Shown piece after piece: positions 25,336-32,674 of a stretch of 64,000 nt of DNA. The stretch's first letter is position 1; every line of letters begins with the position of its first letter. A program made the position numbers and the translations under genes. This stretch comes from Christensenellaceae bacterium Phil1. GTDB lineage: Bacteria; Bacillota; Clostridia; Christensenellales; CAG-138. Under the pieces are notes generated by a model. The model was not told the origin of the DNA. It did no database searches and saw only the letters and a list, made by a program, of their open reading frames with translations. The stretch spans positions 64,441 through 128,440 of the forward strand of contig MSGS01000009.1 in the NCBI GenBank assembly GCA_001940855.1, in the 5' to 3' direction.

Positions 25336-28300
25336 GATTAAGATCATTTCGCTGTTATTGGTTGTCGTAACGCTTGTGTCAATGCTGGCTTTGCCTGCAT
25401 CGGCAGAGTATTCCTATCCGATGGCAATTTCAATCTATTACAAGAATGAAGCAGGTCAGCAAGTAGCTCCCACATTATCGGCATCAGTTAATGCGTCAAG
25501 CTCCACGAAACCTTCTTGGAGTTCACCGACAGTATCCGGATATGTTTTGAAAAATGATGGAGATGCGGTTGTCACTTATGGTATGCTAAAGCTTAGCTTT
25601 CCTGCATCACATTATGTAAGAAACGGTTCGGGTACCTATACTGTATACTACACAGATCAAGGAACCGTGAATGTCAATTATATCTATGGTTCCAGTATGA
25701 GAACTGCGGCGGCACAAAAACAGTTAATGGGGAAAATAGGAAGCTCATATTATATTTATTCTCCGACTGTAACCGGCTACACACCGACATCCACAAGTAT
25801 CTCCGGCACGTATAATTCAAAGTCTACCACAAAAAATGTGTACTATTATGAAAAAAGCTATACGATTTCATTTAACGCAAACGGTGGTAGCGGTGCACCT
25901 CCTGCACAAACAAAAATGCACTTCACAGACTTTACTTTCCCATCTACGATTCCCACAAGAACAGGTTACTCATTTCTTGGCTGGGCAAATCTGTCCAACG
26001 CAACAAAGGCAGATTATTCCCCAGGTCAAAAGTACTCGGTAAACTGTTCTTCAACCATGTACGCTGTATGGCAAGCAAACACCTATACGGTATCTTTTAA
26101 TGCAAACGGCGGTAGTGGTGCACCAAGCAGTCAGACCAAGACCTATGGTAAGAATCTGACACTTTCAAGCACAAAACCGACACGAAGCGGATATACCTTT
26201 GCAGGGTGGTCAACTTCATCAACGGGTTCTGTTTCGTATCAGCCCGGTGGCACTTACTCGTCCAATTCAAGTGCAACACTTTATGCCGTATGGACGAAGA
26301 ATGCCGCAACTTACACGGTTTCGTATAATGCTAATGGCGGTAGCGGAGCACCTTCTTCGCAAACCAAAACGGAGAATGTAACACTGAAGCTTTCGACTAC
26401 GAAGCCTACCCGAAGCGGATATACCTTCCTTGGTTGGAATACAAGCAGTACGGCAACTTATGCGACCTACTCTGCCGGTGGTAATTACACTTCAAACAGC
26501 AGTGTAACCTTGTATGCGGTATGGCAGAAGAATCCTTCAACCTATACCGTTTCGTATAACGCTAACGGTGGTAGTGGTGCTCCGAGCAGTCAGACAAAGA
26601 CAGAGGATGTGGTACTGACACTATCAAGTACAACACCGTATCGAAGCGGATATACCTTTCAGGGATGGGGTACAAGCAGTTCATCCTCTTATGTGTCCTA
26701 TTCTCCCGGTGATAGGTATTATTCAAACAGTAGTGTGACACTTTATGCCGTATGGAGCAAAGACACACAGTATTACTATGTCTACTACAATGCCAATGGC
26801 GGTTCGGGTGCACCTTCCTATCAGACAAAAACCGAGAATGTGGCTTTGACTCTTTCGTCTACTAAGCCTACCCGAAGTGGATATACCTTCCTTGGTTGGT
26901 CAACGAGTTCGACTGCTTCCTATGCATCATACTCTGCGGGCAGTAAGTATACGACAAATGCGTCTGCTACACTTTATGCGGTATGGGAAAGGAACTTTGA
27001 AACTTATACGGTGTCCTACAACGCCAACGGCGGTAGCGGTGCTCCGAGCAGTCAAACAAAAGTGGAAGGCACGAACCTGACACTTTCAAGTACCGTGCCG
27101 ACAAGAAGCAAATACAGCTTTGTCGGTTGGGGTACTTCATCCACTTCGACATCTCCTTCGTATTATCCCGGAAGCACCTATTCGACAGACTCGGGAATCA
27201 CTCTCTATGCCATCTGGAGCAGAGTGTACGATTCCTACACCGTATCGTATAACGCCAACGGCGGTAGTAACGCACCTGCGTCACAGACAAAGATTGAGGG
27301 AACAACCTTAACTTTGTCGAGTCAGATCCCCGGCAGACTTGGGTATACCTTCCTCGGTTGGAGTACAAGCAGTACGGCAACCTCTCCCACCTATTATGTG
27401 GGCGGTAGCTATACAGCAAACAGCGGTGCAACACTCTATGCCGTGTGGTCAAGAGATGTTTATACCATTTCGTATAATGCAAACGGTGGTACGGGCGCTC
27501 CCACAAGCCAGAGCAAGTATTACGATCAGGCAATCAGTATTACAACGGCAACTCCTGCAAGGGACAGCTATAAGTTCCTCGGTTGGGCAGAAACGGCTTC
27601 CGCTACTATACCAACCTACTACGCAGGGGACACCTATGATGCCAACAAATCCACAACGCTTTATGCGGTATGGCAAGAGGTTAACTATGATTTCTCGGTC
27701 AGCAACCTAACTGCGGCACCGAGCGAGGTTTCACAGTATGATACTGTTTCAGTGGCATTCCGTATTGACAGTTGGGACAGATATAACCCTTATACGAATA
27801 TCCCCGTTGCAGTGCTGATGAACGGAAAAACCGTTTACTCTACTACTGTGAACATTGCGGCATACGGCGTGAAGAACATCAGCTTCAACCTCAATGTGGG
27901 TGCATCCGAGGGAACACAGCGGCTTGAAGCAAGAGTGAACTGGGCAGACCACAATAATGAAACAAGAACAGGCAACAATACCGTATCAACTACCTTTGAG
28001 GTTATCAAGGTAATTGAAACATCGGTAGATGCCGCAACCACAAACGGTGAGTATGTGGAAGGTCAGGAGGTTATCACGAGCTTTTATGTGAGAAACGATA
28101 ACAACCGAGATATTCTTCCCACAGACAATCTGACCTTCGACTTCAAGGTGTATACTGTCGGAAACGGCGGTAATGAGGTTGCAGTTGTCAATCAGACAAA
28201 GACAGGTATTGTTATCCCTGCCAACGGAACGAACCTTGTGTACTTCAAGTGGAAAGTCCCCGAAGGAAGTGCCGGAACACCCTATTGGTGCAGAGGCAGT

Positions 28301-28981
28301 ATTACACCGAGCAGAGGTGAGGCGAATACAAGCAATAATGCCACAGAGTTTGCCATCGTCTCGGCTCCCAAGTATGTTTCACAGACCGAGAACACAAGAT
28401 ATGAGGACAAGGCTCCTGCAAGCTACAATGCAAGCGTATCCGCACCTACCGACAAAGCCGGAAGTGCCACATGGAATGAGTGGACTTATGAAAACGGTGC
28501 GTTTGTTTTGAAAACCTACGGTATTACCGTGTCAAGCGATAATCCCGTGATTACACCGAGTTCGGGTTGTACGACCGCAGAGAAGTACGGCACATCTTGG
28601 AAAATGAAATCGGGTTACGGTATTGCATTGTCTTGGAATCCTACCATCCGCAGTTATTCGGGCTATTCTATGCCCACAAGTGATGCCTATACGGGTGTTC
28701 AGACAGCCTATGCAACATTCCCCGAGTTCTCATACAATGTGGCTTACGGCAAGTACAGAACACTTGAATATGCAGGTGGCAAGTATCAGTTTGAAGTCAA
28801 TACCGATGCAGACAAGAACGAGAGAGTCCACTTTATCCCCGTATATGTCAAGGACGGAAGCTATACCGTTTCCGTGACAGCGGGTGGTATTTGGACACCT
28901 GCCGGACTGGTTACGGCAACGAGAAGTGCGAATACGGTTGTTATTAACGGTACGATCTATTCGGACTGGTATCAGGGATGA
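25325..28981 (+). CDS. Large secreted repeat protein (1218 aa): signal peptide, 8 Listeria-Bacteroides (Flg_new-type) repeats, two CARDB-like domains and a C-terminal domain; no LPXTG or TM anchor
   Basis: From the ORF track. The signal peptide is LLLVVVTLVSMLALPASA. The repeat core is YTVSYNANGGSGAPSSQTK...LSSTKPTRSGYTFLGW...TLYAVW, present 8 times. The CARDB-like endings are ...ETRTGNNTVSTTFEV and ...EANTSNNATEFAI. AAGGAGG lies 7 nt upstream. Confidence 0.85.
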   Translation: MRSKIKIISLLLVVVTLVSMLALPASAEYSYPMAISIYYKNEAGQQVAPTLSASVNASSSTKPSWSSPTVSGYVLKNDGDAVVTYGMLKLSFPASHYVRNGSGTYTVYYTDQGTVNVNYIYGSSMRTAAAQKQLMGKIGSSYYIYSPTVTGYTPTSTSISGTYNSKSTTKNVYYYEKSYTISFNANGGSGAPPAQTKMHFTDFTFPSTIPTRTGYSFLGWANLSNATKADYSPGQKYSVNCSSTMYAVWQANTYTVSFNANGGSGAPSSQTKTYGKNLTLSSTKPTRSGYTFAGWSTSSTGSVSYQPGGTYSSNSSATLYAVWTKNAATYTVSYNANGGSGAPSSQTKTENVTLKLSTTKPTRSGYTFLGWNTSSTATYATYSAGGNYTSNSSVTLYAVWQKNPSTYTVSYNANGGSGAPSSQTKTEDVVLTLSSTTPYRSGYTFQGWGTSSSSSYVSYSPGDRYYSNSSVTLYAVWSKDTQYYYVYYNANGGSGAPSYQTKTENVALTLSSTKPTRSGYTFLGWSTSSTASYASYSAGSKYTTNASATLYAVWERNFETYTVSYNANGGSGAPSSQTKVEGTNLTLSSTVPTRSKYSFVGWGTSSTSTSPSYYPGSTYSTDSGITLYAIWSRVYDSYTVSYNANGGSNAPASQTKIEGTTLTLSSQIPGRLGYTFLGWSTSSTATSPTYYVGGSYTANSGATLYAVWSRDVYTISYNANGGTGAPTSQSKYYDQAISITTATPARDSYKFLGWAETASATIPTYYAGDTYDANKSTTLYAVWQEVNYDFSVSNLTAAPSEVSQYDTVSVAFRIDSWDRYNPYTNIPVAVLMNGKTVYSTTVNIAAYGVKNISFNLNVGASEGTQRLEARVNWADHNNETRTGNNTVSTTFEVIKVIETSVDAATTNGEYVEGQEVITSFYVRNDNNRDILPTDNLTFDFKVYTVGNGGNEVAVVNQTKTGIVIPANGTNLVYFKWKVPEGSAGTPYWCRGSITPSRGEANTSNNATEFAIVSAPKYVSQTENTRYEDKAPASYNASVSAPTDKAGSATWNEWTYENGAFVLKTYGITVSSDNPVITPSSGCTTAEKYGTSWKMKSGYGIALSWNPTIRSYSGYSMPTSDAYTGVQTAYATFPEFSYNVAYGKYRTLEYAGGKYQFEVNTDADKNERVHFIPVYVKDGSYTVSVTAGGIWTPAGLVTATRSANTVVINGTIYSDWYQG
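25859..27680 (+). repeat. Eight tandem ~228-nt coding repeats inside the adhesin-like gene
   Basis: The AATGC.AA.GG.GGTAG.GG.GC.CC blocks (NANGGSGAP) and TATGC.GTATGG blocks (YAVW) recur periodically. Confidence 0.8.
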
Positions 28982-28988
28982 GGTGCCT

Positions 28989-29300
28989 ATGAGAGATTAC
29001 GACGAATACGATGAGTATGAGAACGAACCAGAAGAACAGAAGGAAGTCATTGAAGGGTACACCGTTCAGGCTTCCTTATGGATTAACGGAAAAAGGCTGA
29101 TTTACGCAAAGGATGAAACGGGGGAAAAGGATATGCCGTATATGAAGGTCATTCAAGTTCCAGATCCTTTATTCGGTCACTACGAAAACGGCATTATCTC
29201 TGACAGCTATACCGAGATCATGAAGCAGTTTGCCGATGATATTAAGGCTGAGGCAATGAACAGCATATTAAAAGTGAAATATTCTTCGAATGTGAAATAA
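28989..29300 (+). CDS. Hypothetical protein (103 aa) with an acidic N-terminus (MRDYDEYDEYENEPEEQKE...)
   Basis: ATG 28989 follows GAGGTG. It is the last gene of the island operon. Its last codons overlap the first two GTGAAAT repeats. Confidence 0.5.
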   Translation: MRDYDEYDEYENEPEEQKEVIEGYTVQASLWINGKRLIYAKDETGEKDMPYMKVIQVPDPLFGHYENGIISDSYTEIMKQFADDIKAEAMNSILKVKYSSNVK

Positions 29301-29444
29301 TGCCCTACCGGGCATTGTGAAATTTGATGTTTCCCATCAAGTGAAATGAAATAAAACCCCACGCGCCGCAGCGCATTTCACATGGCGAAGCCATATTTCA
29401 CATGCTTCAGCATATTTCACAAATCCGCAAGGATTTATTTCACA
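29274..29444. repeat. 4+4 inverted array of the heptamer GTGAAAT / ATTTCAC, with short variable hairpins in the spacers
   Basis: GTGAAAT occurs at 29274, 29292, 29317 and 29341. ATTTCAC occurs at 29375, 29395, 29414 and 29437. Spacing is 18-25 bp. TGGCGA lies at 29383-29388. Confidence 0.85.
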
Positions 29445-29445
29445 G

Positions 29446-29472
29446 AAAAAGCAGTCCAAAGGACTGCTTTTT
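29446..29472. terminator. Bidirectional terminator between the island operon and the tRNA operon
   Basis: AAAAAGCAGTCC-AAA-GGACTGCTTTTT is a perfect 12-bp stem with A and T runs on both sides. Confidence 0.8.
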
Positions 29473-29473
29473 C

Positions 29474-29547
29474 TGGAGCGGGTAAAGGGACTCGAACCCT
29501 CTATCTCAGCTTGGAAGGCTAATGTGTTACCATTACACTATACCCGC
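29474..29547 (-). tRNA. tRNA-Gly (anticodon TCC)
   Basis: The reverse complement is GCGGGTATAGTGTAATGGTAACACATTAGCCTTCCAAGCTGAGATAGAGGGTTCGAGTCCCTTTACCCGCTCCA. The anticodon loop is CTTCCAA. Confidence 0.9.
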
Positions 29548-29562
29548 ATGATATTCTGTTTT

Positions 29563-29648
<86 letters not shown>

Positions 29649-29671
29649 AATTTGCGCCGCAAATGCAAAAA

Positions 29672-29747
29672 TGGTGACCCGTCGGAGATTCGAACTCCGG
29701 ACACCTTGATTAAAAGTCAAGTGCTCTACCGACTGAGCTAACGGGTC
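29672..29747 (-). tRNA. tRNA-Lys (anticodon TTT)
   Basis: The reverse complement is GACCCGTTAGCTCAGTCGGTAGAGCACTTGACTTTTAATCAAGGTGTCCGGAGTTCGAATCTCCGACGGGTCACCA. Confidence 0.92.
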
Positions 29748-29752
29748 ATACT

Positions 29753-29828
29753 TGGCTGGGGTGGCAGGATTCGAACCTGCGTATACCGGAATCAAAATCC
29801 GGGGCCTTAGCCGCTTGGCGACACCCCA
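29753..29828 (-). tRNA. tRNA-Gln (anticodon TTG)
   Basis: The reverse complement is TGGGGTGTCGCCAAGCGGCTAAGGCCCCGGATTTTGATTCCGG...GGTTCGAATCCTGCCACCCCAGCCA. Confidence 0.9.
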
Positions 29829-29860
29829 ATCCTGCGCAAAAAGCGCCTTGGGGAAGTAAA

Positions 29861-29938
29861 TGGGGTGGGTAGTGGGACTCGAACCCACGACCTCCAGAGC
29901 CACAATCTGGCATTCTAACCAACTGAACTATACCCACC
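29861..29938 (-). tRNA. tRNA-His (anticodon GTG) with an encoded G-1
   Basis: The reverse complement is GGTGGGTATAGTTCAGTTGGTTAGAATGCCAGATTGTGGCTCTGGAGGTCGTGGGTTCGAGTCCCACTACCCACCCCA. Confidence 0.9.
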
Positions 29939-29945
29939 ATATACT

Positions 29946-30022
29946 TGGCGCGCCCGCAGGGATTCGAACCCTGGACCTACGGCTTAGAAGGCCGTTGCTC
30001 TATCCAGCTGAGCTACAGGCGC
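29946..30022 (-). tRNA. tRNA-Arg (anticodon TCT)
   Basis: The reverse complement is GCGCCTGTAGCTCAGCTGGATAGAGCAACGGCCTTCTAAGCCGTAGGTCCAGGGTTCGAATCCCTGCGGGCGCGCCA. Confidence 0.92.
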
Positions 30023-30096
30023 TCACGCACCCCTTAGGCGCTGTATCGTATCGGCGTCGCCGGAAACGGCTTTCCGCTCTCTGCCGACATTTATGC

Positions 30097-30125
30097 ATTT
30101 TATCAGAAAGCTCGCTTCCTGTCAA
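30097..30125 (-). promoter_or_regulatory. Putative promoter of the six-tRNA operon
   Basis: On the minus strand: TTGACA (30125-30120), a 17-nt spacer, then TAAAAT (30102-30097). Confidence 0.5.
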
Positions 30126-30170
30126 TGCCGTATTTGCCATATCATGCAGATTGTTCAAAAATAATTTTGC

Positions 30171-31124
30171 TCAATCGCTTATATTTACGTCCAGCCCAAA
30201 CTCCTCCGGCAAAAATCTCGGGCACACGTTTTCGGATGTGCAAATAACGCTCGCTGCAAGGCGCGTGCCTATTTCGCAGGCTTCCGCTATGTTCTTCCCG
30301 TATGTAAGCCCTATTACCGTGCCGGAGAAGAAAGCATCGCCCGCGCCGGTAGTATCCTTAACGTCAACATGCTTCGCCGGGCAAACGCCGCTTTCGCCAT
30401 CCGTCGTGGCGTATACAGCGCCCTGCTCGCCCATCGTTACCACCATGCGCGGTATCTGCGCCGCCTTTATGCGGCGGGATAGTATATCCGCCATTTCAGC
30501 CGGAGTCTTATCATCGTAATCGTCGCTGAAAAGAATGCCCGCCTCCTGCTGATTGCATACGAAGCACTGCGTGGAGCGCAAAAAGTCGCGCCGTTCAAAC
30601 GCTATGCGCATATTGGACACAACGGCGTAAACGGGCTTATTATGCTTTTCCGCCAGGGCGAAAACCAGCTTAACGATATCCTTATCTATATCTATTTCAA
30701 TTGCTATACTGTCCGCCTTTTCAAATATTTCATCGCCATGCTGCGCCAATATGTCGTATATCGGGTGCAGATCGGGCCGTTTTGATATTGCCGCCACCAC
30801 GTCGCCGTTGTTGCCGAAAACGGCCAGCCATGTGCCCATTCCGTCCGGCGTAACGCGTATGTAATCCGTGTTCACCTTGTGCGCATTCAGCTTTTTTATA
30901 ACGTCCGCGCCAACGCCCGTGTCGTCCACAAGGCTTATAAACGTCGGTCTCAGTTCAACGTTTGCAATGTCCTCGGCTATGTTTCGGCTCACGCCGCCAT
31001 GCACCTGCTCCACCCTGCCCGCGTTCCTGCCGCCGGGAATATACACCTCCGACGGGTAGCCCTTTATATCAACGAATATTGCGCCTATAACAACAATGCC
31101 CAATCCTATTCCCTCCGTATTCAC
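30171..31124 (-). CDS. PfkB-family carbohydrate/nucleoside kinase
   Basis: From the ORF track. IVVIGAIFVDIKGYP, GGVSRNIAEDIA and the C-terminal DTTGAGDAFFSG motif are present. Confidence 0.85.
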   Translation of the reverse strand: MNTEGIGLGIVVIGAIFVDIKGYPSEVYIPGGRNAGRVEQVHGGVSRNIAEDIANVELRPTFISLVDDTGVGADVIKKLNAHKVNTDYIRVTPDGMGTWLAVFGNNGDVVAAISKRPDLHPIYDILAQHGDEIFEKADSIAIEIDIDKDIVKLVFALAEKHNKPVYAVVSNMRIAFERRDFLRSTQCFVCNQQEAGILFSDDYDDKTPAEMADILSRRIKAAQIPRMVVTMGEQGAVYATTDGESGVCPAKHVDVKDTTGAGDAFFSGTVIGLTYGKNIAEACEIGTRLAASVICTSENVCPRFLPEEFGLDVNISD

Positions 31125-31251
31125 AAAAAGCTGAGGTTATTATATCATATATCGTAAAAACATGAAAGTTCTTGCCTGCGCGTCGCAACGCTGATATAAT
31201 ACCGCGTTGGCGGCATGCCGCACATATGCAGCGTTACAGGGAGCGTATCCT

Positions 31252-32310
31252 ATGAAAAAGCTTAGTACCACGCAGTTGGCAATGTCTTACACCGGCATAT
31301 TCCTTGGCGCCGGTTTCGTATCCGGTCAGGAGCTTTGGCAGTTTTTCGCCTGCTTCGGCCCCGTCGGGCTTATTGGCTTCATAGGCACGGCTGCGCTGTT
31401 TTTCTATGTAAACTATGCTAACCTGAGGCTTATACAATTGACCGGTCAGGAGGACATGGGCCGCCTTATGACATGTGGCGATCATCCGAAGCTGCGCGCC
31501 GCCGTAAGCGCCATGCAAAACCTGCTGCTGGTCGGCGTATGCATAATCATGATAGCCGGCGCATCTACGCTTATCCATCAGCTTTTGCCCATACCCGCAT
31601 GGTTGGGCGGGCTTATTTTCACGGTTATAGTCGCAGCGGTGGCCCTGCTCGGCATGCAGGGGTTGGTTGCTGTGTTTTCGCTGCTTGTTCCCGTTACCAC
31701 GGTAATGGCCGTGCTGCTTGCCGCATGGGTGCTTATAAAAAACGGCTTCAGCTTTGCGCCCGCAAACGGCAGCGTATCCGCATTGATGCCGAACTGGATA
31801 ATAGGCTTCGTTACCTATGCGGCATATAATCTTTTCGGGACAATATCCATACTTGTGCCCACGGCAAAGCTTATGGATGGCAAAAAAACCGTCCGCCGCG
31901 GCCTTAGCATGGGCAGCGTGCTTCTTATAGTACTTGCATGGAGCATGATAGCCGCAATTTCTGTTCTCCCCTCCTCCGGGCAAAACGAGCTGCCTATGTC
32001 CGCCCTTGCAAGCGGACTTCACCCCACGCTCAGCGTGGCATACAGTTTATTGATGGGCTTTGGCATGTTCGGTGCGTGCCTTTCGTCCATATGCGCCGTT
32101 GTCAGCCAAACCGAGCTGCATTTTGCCGGCATAAACAAACACGGAAAGCTTTTCACTACCGTGCTGCTGCTTGTGTCCTTCGCGCTCAGTCTGCTTGGTT
32201 TCGGCAATCTTATAGGCATAATTTATCCTGTTTTCGGCTATGCAAGCATACCGTTCCTCATTTGCCTTGTGCTCAATTACCATAAAGTAAAAAAGACCGG
32301 CACGCTGTGA
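31252..32310 (+). CDS. YkvI-like polytopic membrane protein (putative transporter)
   Basis: Start at MKKLSTTQLAMSYTGIFLGAGFVSGQELWQFF. The protein has about 10-11 hydrophobic segments. Confidence 0.65.
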   Translation: MKKLSTTQLAMSYTGIFLGAGFVSGQELWQFFACFGPVGLIGFIGTAALFFYVNYANLRLIQLTGQEDMGRLMTCGDHPKLRAAVSAMQNLLLVGVCIIMIAGASTLIHQLLPIPAWLGGLIFTVIVAAVALLGMQGLVAVFSLLVPVTTVMAVLLAAWVLIKNGFSFAPANGSVSALMPNWIIGFVTYAAYNLFGTISILVPTAKLMDGKKTVRRGLSMGSVLLIVLAWSMIAAISVLPSSGQNELPMSALASGLHPTLSVAYSLLMGFGMFGACLSSICAVVSQTELHFAGINKHGKLFTTVLLLVSFALSLLGFGNLIGIIYPVFGYASIPFLICLVLNYHKVKKTGTL

Positions 32311-32346
32311 TTCAGCGTACCGGCACCGCCCCTTTCCGGGGCTTTT

Positions 32347-32640
32347 TTAATACTGTTTTAGTTTATCCACCGTTGTGGATATAACATAGCGCTCTTTTAT
32401 GCTTTTAAGCTGCTGCATATGTTCCCGCGCAAGGTGCGCCTGCTGCAATGCTTCGCTTGCCCAGCGCTCTATCAATATCAGCTCATCCTCATCCGTTGCG
32501 CTCATTGCGTATTTATACGCCATGCAGCCTTCTTCCTGCAATATTTTATCCAGTATGCCCTGCGCCGCCACGTCGCGCACAAAGCTGCCGCGCTTGCCGT
32601 CCTTGCAGCGGTAAGTTACTATCAGCGTGATTTCGTCCAT
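32347..32640 (-). CDS. ABM-domain (antibiotic biosynthesis monooxygenase-like) protein
   Basis: From the ORF track. It is 97 aa, and LILIERWASEALQQAHLAREHM fits the ABM ferredoxin-like fold signature. Confidence 0.7.
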   Translation of the reverse strand: MDEITLIVTYRCKDGKRGSFVRDVAAQGILDKILQEEGCMAYKYAMSATDEDELILIERWASEALQQAHLAREHMQQLKSIKERYVISTTVDKLKQY

Positions 32641-32674
32641 GTTAGGCCGCTCCTTCCTGTTTTATGGTGCTATT

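Larger units (their letters stand above)
15464..29472. other. Lower-GC genomic island carrying a Tad/Flp-like pilus locus, bounded by tRNA-Asn and a convergent tRNA operon
   Basis: My hand counts of a few 60-nt lines gave roughly mid-40s % G+C inside the island, against mid-50s or higher in the flanks. These are rough counts, not a computed profile. All island genes are on the + strand and tightly packed. No integrase or relaxase is seen inside. Confidence 0.7.

Noticed and set aside
25859-27680. Regular ~228-nt periodic repeats that could be mistaken for a CRISPR-like or satellite array
   Set aside because: They lie entirely within one long open reading frame and encode a conserved protein repeat (NANGGSGAP...GYTFLGW...LYAVW). 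The period is far longer than CRISPR repeat-spacer units.
29474-29547. Initial reading of this tRNA as tRNA-Trp (CCA)
   Set aside because: Placing the 7-nt anticodon loop correctly (C-T-T-C-C-A-A) gives anticodon TCC, so it is tRNA-Gly. The sequence also resembles typical Firmicute tRNA-Gly(UCC).
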